From Paraglomus brasilianum (Eukaryota): a stretch of 38,054 nt of DNA. Each line of letters begins with the position of its first letter. Positions within the stretch are counted from its first letter, which is position 1. The notes under the pieces were generated by a model. It was not told the origin of the DNA. It was given only the letters and a program-made list of their open reading frames with translations, and ran no database searches. A program made the translations under genes and the position numbers. Shown piece after piece: positions 1-9,284 of the stretch. Location: the NCBI GenBank assembly GCA_910592345.1, contig CAJVPI010000265.1, positions 1-38,054 of the forward strand, written 5' to 3'.

Positions 1-831
1 GCTAACTCTCTTTTGTAAACATTAGCAATCTTTTCTTCGATTGATTCAAAGAAACCTAGTGGTTCGTTTTCTGCATAGTATCCTTTTGGTACAAATGCAT
101 AGTAATCACACACTTCACCTTCATTAAAAATTTCTGCTTCTGATTTTCTATTAATATATGGATCTTTGATTCTTTCGAAATAAATATCTGGTTCTTCTTC
201 AGCAGTATCATATTCTGAAGAAGCAGAGCTTCGATGTTCCACATCATCACTTGGTTCGCTATCTTTTTCATTATCTATTTCCATTAAATCATACCATTCT
301 TCACCAGTTTTAGGAATTGGTTTCGATCTAATTTTTTTATTATTTTTTATTTCCGGTTTTGATAACCATTTTATTAATTCATCTATTGTTAAAATTGATT
401 TCTTTTTTTGTTCTCCTTGAGTATTAGAACTTGATCCTGCTTCTGTATTTGGAATACCATCAGTTAAAAGGTTGACTGCCGGCGCGCTTGCCTCTCTCGG
501 CTGGGTTGGTTGGTGCGTCGGTGGGTTTTCGTCAAATGATATGAGATCGCCTTCCGGGGTCGGTGCTGGGTTTTCTACTGGGGCTTGGTTTTGCGTCTGA
601 ATCGGATATTCAGCTGGTGGTATATTTTGCGTCGGGGTTGGGTTTTCAGCCGGATTTTGAATAGGTGGATTTCCTATTGGAGCTTGAGGGGGGGGTTTGC
701 ATTAAACGCAAAGCTGGTTGACATTGTCCCTTACGAAGGTTTCCATTTAAATTCATGTGTTTATTAAGATCTCGGGTTTTACCAGTTCTTATTTCTCTAT
801 TACATCCTGGGCATCTGAGTATCTTTGCCAT
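1..831 (-). CDS. N-terminal ~276 aa of a large protein: CxxC...H...C zinc finger, Pro/Gln/Asn-rich linker, acidic tract; 1-nt frameshift at a C8 run; open to the window edge
   Basis: Starts MAKILRCPGCNREIRTGKTRDLNKHMNLNGNLRKGQC. Removing one base from the 8-G run at 688-695 joins it to a stop-free frame QAPIGNPPIQNPAENPTP...IDELIKWLSKP...PLGFFESIEEKIANVYKREL continuing to base 1. Confidence 0.65.
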
Positions 832-919
832 AATGATATATAATCTGTGTTTTTTATTAATATAACCAGATCTTTTGTTTAAATTAAAATAATTAATTCA
901 GTTATATAAATTTATCGAA

Positions 920-1183
920 ATGCTGATAGAATATACATGCGAATATATAGACAACTCTGGAAAATATATATGCGAATATATACACAACTCTGGAAAAGTT
1001 TGTGGACGCAAATGCCGACGTCGTGAAGGATGCTATGAACATTGGAGAGCTAAAAAACGTGTTTTATGTAAGGTTTGTGGAAAGCCTACTGCTTCTGCAC
1101 CGGGAACATGTAAAAAACATGCTAAAGGGTATTATGTTATGCAGTTTTATGCCCGACAGATGCAAAACATCCTTACTCCGTAA
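920..1183 (+). CDS. Small basic Cys/His-rich zinc-finger protein (87 aa)
   Basis: ATG start, intronless. Contains C-x9-C-x3-C-x5-C-x2-H followed by CxxC...CxxH, and an internal 33-bp tandem duplication (YTCEYIDNSGK/YICEYIHNSGK). Confidence 0.6.
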   Translation: MLIEYTCEYIDNSGKYICEYIHNSGKVCGRKCRRREGCYEHWRAKKRVLCKVCGKPTASAPGTCKKHAKGYYVMQFYARQMQNILTP

Positions 1184-1222
1184 GACTTCAGATTAGAAAT
1201 CAGCAAGAGCTGACATAAAATT

Positions 1223-2221
1223 TACACCGAAATTGTCCTAAAAAGTTTGCTATATTTTTTGTTATACTTTCTGCCTTTAGAAAACTAATAGAATGCTAAT
1301 GCTTCGTTTCACTTCGCATTTACAAAAAGCTAATTGTTGACTAAATAGATAACTAATGCGAAGCGTAGCGGAGCATTCGGAGTCGCTATGCTCCTCTAGA
1401 ACAGTAAACGTTTTAGTAATCGAATAAGATAACTATGCTCCGCTACGCTTCGCATTTGGAGTCGCTATGCTCCTCCGGGTCAGAAAGCTACATAGTAATC
1501 AAAATAAATACACCCATCGTGTACCTAAAATTTATTTTTTCCTTCGCACTTCACTTAAAAGTTCATGCTCACAGTAATAGAATGCTAATTAGTTAACAAA
1601 TAAGATAACAAAAAAAACACCAAACATGAATAAATCATTATTCATTTTGATGTCATAATAAGATTTAATCAACAAATATAGAGGATGTGCTCACAGTATT
1701 AGAAAGCTAAATATTGATAAAATATTATATTTAAAAAATACACCAAATAATTTTAATCGTTATTGATCTACTATCTGTTTTATTAATAGAAAGCTAAATG
1801 CTAACTAAAACAGATGACATGCTCCGCTTCGCTCCGCAACTGCGTCACACACACCTAAGGTGTGTGCTCCTTAGTTATTAGTGTTAGAAAGCTAATTGTG
1901 AACTAAACAGATATCTAATGCTCCGCTACGCTTCGCATTCGGAGTCGCTATGCTCCTCCTGGTCAGAAAGCTAAATAGTGATCAAATTGGATATCAAAAA
2001 AAACACCAATCATAAATCAATCATTATTCATTTTGATATTGTAATAAGTTTTAATCATTGAATACAGCAAAACATCAGTCATGTACCTAGAAAGCTAAAT
2101 AGAGATCAATAGGATATCAAAAAAAAATACACAAAAATAAAAATAATCATTATTGAATTTGATGTTGTGATAAGTTTTAATCATTGAATACACCAGAATA
2201 CACAGAAATTGTCCTAAAAAG
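1223..2221. repeat. Modular repeat and hairpin array bounded by 23-bp direct repeats
   Basis: TACAC(C/A)GAAATTGTCCTAAAAAG at 1223-1245 and 2199-2221. AGAAAGCTAA-like boxes near 1290, 1324, 1482, 1579, 1701, 1788, 1886, 1965, 2089. 23-bp hairpin cassettes at 1298, 1355, 1434, 1818, 1917. GGAGTCGCTATGCTCC occurs three times. Confidence 0.9.
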
Positions 2222-2239
2222 CCCACTAATATAATACTC

Positions 2240-2585
2240 CATTTGTTACCTTATTTAGGAGGGTTGGATAATCAAAATAATTATGTATTTCAAGATGACA
2301 ATGCTCAAATTCATTGAGCAAGGTCAACTTTGTGTTGGATTTCAGATAATAATATTGATCAACTTCCCTAGCCTGCACAAAGCCCCGACCTCAACCCTAT
2401 CAAGAATATTTGGGATGAATTAGAGCATCATATTCATAAGCACATTCCTCTACCAAAAAATGAAACTGAACTGTTCAATCTGTTGGTCTAACATAGATGA
2501 ATCAGTTTATGGAAATTTGGTTGAAAGTATGGAGTGCCATGTTCAAGCTGTAGTTAAAGCTAATAGGCATCCTACACCTTATTGA
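2240..2585 (+). pseudogene. Tc1-family (DD34E) transposase relic, C-terminal half
   Basis: HLLPYL...YVFQDDNAQIH*...LP*PAQSPDLNPIKNIWDELE...NLVESM...VQAVVKANRHPTPY*. 34 residues separate the second D from the mutated E(K) position; in-frame stops. Confidence 0.9.
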
Positions 2586-3172
2586 TAAAGTCAAATAAAC
2601 TTCATTGATGTGACATTTTGATAAAAAAAAACCTGATGTAAATTGCTATGTAGATTGTTGAGAATTTTGAACTTGAAATTTTATAAAAAAAATCGAGCAT
2701 TACTATATTCAGAAAAAAGTCCCATGACCCGTGTACATGATCAATAAAGAATTTATTTCTTACACATTACTTGATTGCTCCTTTGTATTTGCTATGATAA
2801 TGAGAAGACTGAATGAGTGACAGTTCAGGGTAGGGTGCTTTGCAAAACATTCTATCTATAATCCAGTTGACATTTAAACAGATTACATTATCACAAGTAT
2901 TGTGAATGTTAAGCTGGTTGCTCAATGCAAATAATTAAAAACCAATAAATATTTTGTGTTTGCTACAGGCAGCATGGAATGACCAAAAAGTCCTGACTTC
3001 ACCAGCTATGTTTTTTATTTTATAGCCACTTTCAAGAAAGGAACACATAAGTTGCTGGAAAAGAAGTGGCCCATAAACAAGTAACCCTATGGTCTGTGTG
3101 GGGGCTGTACCCATACCCAAGGTTGTTACTATTCAATAAGCAGCAAAGTCATAATAGGGTTCCAGGTATTAG

Positions 3173-3537
3173 TGTTATGGTCGAATGGTCTGGGGTTTGG
3201 GATAGCAATTAATCATTCGTGTAGGGGTGTTCTTCCGACCGGGGAATAATTTATATAATTAAATTAATGCGCGCTTCTCAACTCCCTATCAAAACACTCG
3301 TGATTCCAAATAAGGGTACCCACAATAAAATAATAAACAGGGTTGGTATTTCGACTAATCGGGTTCCGTCACTTGTCTCAAACTAATTAAACAATATTTG
3401 TTTTAATAAATAATTAATAACTCTCGTTCCCCAATTAAGAGTACTAAATCGACGGATAATTTATACAGCTCAAGTGAGTCGTTTTTACAGCTTAATTGAG
3501 CCGTTTATTAATATCCGGTTAAATAATTAATATCACA
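3173..3537 (-). mobile_element. Possible solo LTR (~365 bp)
   Basis: TG...CA ends with short imperfect inverted termini (TGTTATG / TATCACA), non-coding, CpG-containing unlike the left flank. No target-site duplication found. Confidence 0.3.
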
Positions 3538-4748
3538 ACGATGAAAGAAAGTAAAGTTTCGATTTCAAAGGGAATCGTTTATTATTATTCCATGGAGTGA
3601 GAATTATTGTTTTATACAATTAGGTTACACTTATATATTTAATATTAGTTATCACAATTGTTACAAATCACCGAAAGATGACACTGTTACTAGTGCAAGC
3701 TGACTTGCAATTACATAGAGTATTAGCAGCAGTGGCAGAACTCTGTGAACAGGAAGCTTTTATGAGACCACCATCAAGAGTTTCTAAACCTTTACATGGA
3801 AGTGACCTTCGATCAAGTCCTGCTCGATCTATCCGAGGAATGTTAATGCGTACCAAGTCTCCGACGTTGGCGTATGATCAGGTGCATCAGTTTCATTCTC
3901 GTTATTGTTCGAATTGCAATATACTATCCCATCGCTTACACTTTTACTATCTTGTACTCTGGTATGCTTCCTCATCTCTGATTCCTTGGTCATAGAGCTC
4001 CTTCATTAGAGCAAAATTGGCTTGACCAAATACAAGCTCGTAAGGAGTCTTACCAGTCGCTGGCACGTTTGCGTATTCATCGCCCAGTTGATACGTTTAT
4101 TATTACGCGTATAAAGTGATTGATACATTATCACCAGCAATATGTTGTACTCAAAGAAATAATAACACTGATGTGTAACCATAGGCAATCCGAAACTCCA
4201 GTCTTCACGCCTATTATCCTCCAACCAAGCCGAAAGTTTCATCTCCAGTATGTCATTCCCTTTCTCCACTAGCCCTTATGATTGGGGATGACGCGGACGA
4301 CCATTTATGATCACTGTTTTCGGGTAAAGAGCTATCATAATCAGACTCTTTATTATTTGTGCCACATACTCTTTCCCGTTGTCAGAATGCAGGATCCGTG
4401 GTGCACCAAATGTCATAAATATGTCGAACAGGAAGCTAGCAACATATTTCGCCTCTTTACTTTTCATTGGCTTTGCTCAGGAGAATCGAGTAAAATGATC
4501 TCTTGCATGAGCGATCCATCAATATTCTCCATCTGGGCGTGCCCTCATGTCTTGAGATCAATCTTCAGAAAGTGGTTAGTATTTACTTGGCTAATTTTAA
4601 ATATTGCAAAACCATAATACTAATATGATCTATACCTGCATTCTGGATAAAAACTCCAACTCAATGATAGGTTTTATCTCTGCCAATAGTCGCCTGTTTA
4701 CACATTTAGCCACAAGTGCAGAAGTGGACGTGGAACCCAACTACGTCA

Positions 4749-5255
4749 ATAGTCAAGTCGACGGGACGGGGATTTTTTTCTTTACTACATCGAAATTTCA
4801 CTATATCGAGAATTTTCGATATAGTAAAGTTCATATATAAGTGGTGGCATAAATCTTCACTATGTTGCAAATCTTATATCAGTGTAATAACAAACGTTAT
4901 TTTTACTGACGAATCTAATACCGCTGAACGATTTATATGAAATGTACTGGTACTAAGTTGTTTAACGTAGCAAGTGTCATACCGTTCAATTATGTAGAAA
5001 CATTCAAAAAACGAAAGTACTTTAATCAACACGTGTTTGTATTATGATCGGTCAAAAACTATCAGGTGCTACAATCTTCACTATATCGAGATGCAATCTA
5101 CTAATATTGTTTGAGAAAAAACTTGACTATATCTAATACTATATAACTTCATTATATCGAGGGAAAATTTAATAATACTGTTTTTGTATCAGGGGAATTC
5201 TTTCTATAGCGCGAAATTCACTGTATCGAGACTTGACTATATCGAGGGTTGACTG
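4749..5255 (-). mobile_element. pogo/Tigger-type non-autonomous element, left TIR truncated; same family as 16909-17094
   Basis: Right end ACTATATCGAGGGTTGACTG followed by TA; many internal ACTATATCGA repeats; both ends align with the 186-bp MITE at 16909. Confidence 0.85.
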
Positions 5256-5335
5256 TATAATGCTTACAGATCTGAGAAATGAATTGTTATTTATTCAAGC
5301 GGGAATATGCATTTTGATGTTATTATAACCATATA

Positions 5336-6070
5336 CAGTGAACCCTCTCTAATATCAACCCCACGAGACCGGCCAATTTCGTTGATATAGCGGGGTTTGA
5401 GGGGGTGTTGGGTTTTTAAATAATGACGTTATATGTAATGATGTATATACGATACTTATGTCTCGAATAAAATCTTAAACTTTATTTATGATAAAAATCT
5501 CTTTATTTCTTTCTCCATATAAACTAAACCAATTTGTTCACTCTTCTGAATTCTGGTTCTCTCTCTCTTTGATGAAAAAATCTGTTAACTTTTTTTGTTG
5601 CCTCGCCTCGTATATATTCGATTGATGCGTCGCGACAGACTTTGCAATTTTGGCATGTTTTGCCCTTCTACGAATTTGGCGGGGTCTTGCTGTTTTATAT
5701 ACTGCAGAAGTAATTTGCATTGTTCCAATGCCGTAGAATGAGATTTCAATGTCGCTGCCTTCATTACAACTATCAGAATTAGACGTGTGGAGTATGGTTA
5801 TACTTTAGTATGCAAATCGTATTATAAAGAGACGATATTGTAGATTAGAATTTTAAATTTTAAAATACTAATTATATTGATGTTGATATCAGCGAGGTAC
5901 ATTTAATTAGGAATAAAATCTGATATGTGTTGATAGGGATATCAACGGGGTATGATATCCAAATTGATATATGCGGGAGAATTTAAATATGGAGAAATCC
6001 GTTCTGTAACCACTGTTGCTAATAAAGAGAGGTTGATATTAACGGGGTGGATATTAGAGAGGGTTCACTG
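5336..6070 (-). mobile_element. pogo-like deletion derivative (735 bp) with intact TIRs and TA TSD
   Basis: 21-bp perfect TIR CAGTGAACCCTCTCTAATATC with TA on both sides; residual ORF ending RQQKKLTDFF (PIP-box typical of pogo transposase C-termini). Confidence 0.9.
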
Positions 6071-7081
6071 TAGTCTGAATAGCTTACACAGTTCTGTAAC
6101 CTGCATGCTGTAGTTCTTCATGCAGTTCCCCGATCACGCGCTCTTTAACGCAACGTATACTAATCTTTCTGATTTTTTCTCGACTAAATAAACAGATTCT
6201 CCAATCTTCATGGTTGCAAATGCTTCTTAGCCCATTTTTTCAATTTTGCTGGATGTTGTAAATCAGTTTCACCCAAGACTTCCTTTACAATATCAGCAAG
6301 CTCTTGTGAAATTAATGATTTTCCCTGAAACTTTTGATCTAAATTGTTGAGATATTCCTCAACTAAGCTGTTGAATTTCTCAATGTGAATGAATTTGCAG
6401 ACATTTTATGGTGGCTTTATTAAAAAATGTAAACAAATTGGTATTATTTCGGTTGCGTTCAAGAAACTATACAACAAATGACAGAAATTCCTAAAGATCT
6501 ATCCACGCGTCTTACGTGATCTAATCAACTGCACTGATTGTTCATGTGATAATTGAATGTTACATACGAACTAATCGTCTTCACCACACTATTTTATTTA
6601 GACTGGTCAAAATTTTGTTAATAATCGTTCTCATAAATGTAGAGTGTTACATACTACTACTAATACATATAATTTTAACGTAATTATACAGTACCATCTC
6701 CACAGTCTCCAATCAACACTCATATTTGCTGAAAACAAACGGGCTTCTTTACAACCTAATCAAGACAAAATCATTGCCGAAAAGAGTAAGATAATTGCTA
6801 AGTACATGAAGACGATGGCAAAGAAATGCCTAACTTAACTCGGGAAATTTTAGCAGGAGTGATAACCAAAGCCAAGTTTGTCTAACGATATTCAAGTGAT
6901 GGATGAAGCCACTTGAACCAAGATTGGTAACATGGTCAAGGAGCTGATGGTGAAGATGGAAGTAAATAACACTTGTAATGATTTTCAATTAGAATTTTAT
7001 TGGGCAAGGAATAAGGAAGCAGTAAAAAAATAATCCGAGTTGCGGCAAATAGTTCTTATCCAGAATCAGAATTTATCGGTA

Positions 7082-7264
7082 CAGGTGAAACCTGTCTAAT
7101 ACTAAACCGGCGCTGATTAAACCGGTCTCGGGTTTAACCGGTCGCCTCACGACTGTACCAAACTTCTTTAATTAGAAATTTTCTTTATCTAAACGTTTAC
7201 CTGAATGGCTAAACCGGCCGAAAAACGGCAAATCAGTTCGGCCGGTTTAGACAGGTTTCACCTG
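7082..7264. mobile_element. Tc1/pogo-superfamily MITE (183 bp)
   Basis: 18-bp perfect TIR CAGGTGAAACCTGTCTAA, TA flanks, internal TAAACCGG repeats. Confidence 0.9.
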
Positions 7265-9242
7265 TATTTTGTTTCCTCGTTATAGACTAACAAGAATATG
7301 AGATGGAAGTAGACCAGCTAGAAATAATAAACCAACCATGGGAAAACGACAAAATAGCAGAAAAACTCCTTGATCCCAAAGGTTACGCTAAAATCTGAGG
7401 TAAAAATAAAAGTAATTCAAGTCAAATATTTCCTTTATGATTAATACTAGCCATCTTGGCTACGGCGAGAGATAACAGCAATGGTATGCTGGATACTGAG
7501 GAGGAAGCCAGAAAAAAGACAGCAAGGATAGCGCCTTTTCAACCATCAAGCCACAATTGCTCGATGTTCACTTGTCTGATATAATTAAGAATCTATTAGC
7601 TAGTGACAACACCATTAGCGGTCACCGTAGGTGCTGGCTAATAAAGACCGCAAATAACCTGTTTGGATATAATGTCTTTTTGCCTAAATTTTTTGATAAA
7701 TATGTAGATAAAGCATAACACATAATTTCGTGTATAATATTATTTGTGACGATAGTAAACTTTCGTAGAATTTTGATTCGCAATACGAATTAGTGATTAT
7801 ATAATACAACATAGCTTTTGTTCGATTAAAGATTAATTCGTTTTAAATTTTGACTTTACTTCATCGCTTCGCTTGTTAAGAATGTCTTACGAAAATTATT
7901 TGCAAAAATGACAATACTGTTTCGGTTCTTTTTGGCCGAGCAGCCGAATGGTATATTGTAAACCATTCTCTCTTGAGAAATTAAAATGCATGGTTGAAGT
8001 CTCCCAAAGTCGTTTATACGTTAATCCGTGAATTATGGAGCCACAGATTATGTTGAATAGGAAACTTCAGGTATAAGAAAATCTACAAATAGAGTCGACG
8101 ATATTCTTGAAAGTACAACATAAGCTACCCCTATACGAATATTGTCCACTCAATTTTGTCCTGGGTAATGTATTGTGCAGACGATGTGGATTGGTGTATG
8201 TGAACCAAATTGTGTGAATTACAACTTACCAAACAATTTAAAGAATTGCAATGATATTAATATGCATCGCATATTCACGTTTATCTTATCTAAACACAAG
8301 TCATGCGCTTCACATAAAGATCCATATTAATATTAGTCGATAGATTTTAATACCACTAATATTACAGTATTAGTATATATATTTTATGATATATTATAAT
8401 TACCATCGCTCATGTTGTTAAATTATTATTAAATATACTCGGGTTAAATTTCAAATGATACAACGCACTTTCCGAATGCACTGTATTTCTAGCAAAAGAC
8501 CTTAAGGAATATACGGTCTCCGGATGGTTTGCAAAAAAAGCCATGTTTAAGTGTTCATGAAAGAGGATGAAGAGACTTGGGATATCAAAGGTGAACTATG
8601 TTTGACATTGTGGATAAATTAGAGTATAGGTCGCTTTCAACAGCTCATCTCCCCTTACCAAATGAAAAGACGACCTCTCAACAGTTTGTTTTGACCGTTT
8701 ATCATGTGATTTAATATTTAGGGAGACGCATTAAATCCATCTCAATTTCCTTTGCTTGGGGAGATGAGCAACCATAGTCATAATTAGCTAATGAGTTAAT
8801 TAGCTATGCAACGGATAAACCTCAGTATCGGTGAAACCCTGACTTTACTGCGGATATTAATATATCAGGAACATCAAACTTTTGCCCTACCCAGTATGCA
8901 TTTTTGCATAGTTTGACGATGAGGGGTGGACACACTTATTTTCCTTAAAAGGAATTTAGAATAGCAGTCCCCACAAATTCACTATTTTTTACACTGCAGA
9001 TGCTGTACGCATTATGCTTGGTTCTTCCCACAAATTGACTTGACCATATTATGCATAATAAAAATCATACGATGAATTTTATCAAATTACCAAGATGGGG
9101 GATGGTCCCCAAAAGTGGGAAATCTATATTACTGTACCAACAACATGGCCTATTTAGGGTATTATCATTCAAATCGAAATGCCCACGAGTTTAAACAAAG
9201 AACGCTACCTATTTGACGCTTTATTTTACTATTACCGGTACG

Positions 9243-9284
9243 TCTCTTTTTCTTTTTTTCTTTCTTTTTTTTTTTTTTTTTTTT
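9243..9284. repeat. Polypyrimidine / poly-T tract
   Basis: T-rich tract ending in a 20-nt T run (9265-9284). Confidence 0.9.

Larger units (their letters stand above)
1..2238. mobile_element. One end of a putative Polinton/Maverick-like or virus-like DNA element, running off the left edge
   Basis: Two divergent intronless Zn-finger ORFs 88 bp apart, then a ~1 kb structured repeat array. The minus strand from 2238 reads AGTATTATATTAGTGGGC (AGT start, as in Polinton termini). A 5'-truncated Tc1 frame (HLLPYL...) resumes immediately after. The element class is an inference; no polB, integrase or capsid motif lies in the window. Confidence 0.5.
3645..6404 (-). pseudogene. Intron-containing integrase-like transposase (Ginger2 / KRBA2-SCAND3-like), decayed and split by two MITEs
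   Basis: Pieces in order: N-term (EKFNSLVEEYLNNL...KKWAKKH, ~6400-6220); HHCC part (LHEELQHAGY ~6130; ICKHY ~5270; FCTC ~4720); KPII...FLSRMQ, intron 4635-4563, then IDLxDMRARPDGEY*WIAHARDHFTRFS; ILHSDNGKEY; NGRPRHPQS*GLVEKGN; C-term VGDLVRINIPRIDR...LPCK...CNCKSAC...CH...CNN*. Confidence 0.85.

Noticed and set aside
1223..2221. CRISPR array
   Set aside because: Repeats are degenerate, intervening segments recur rather than being unique spacers, there are no cas genes, and the context is eukaryotic.
4006..4467. Gypsy LTR-retrotransposon pol
   Set aside because: No RT, RNase H or protease; introns are present; motifs match the KRBA2/Ginger2 type.
6644..7560. Degenerate coding-like purine-rich stretch (possible retroelement ORF1)
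   Set aside because: Many stops and no recognisable motif; cannot be assigned.
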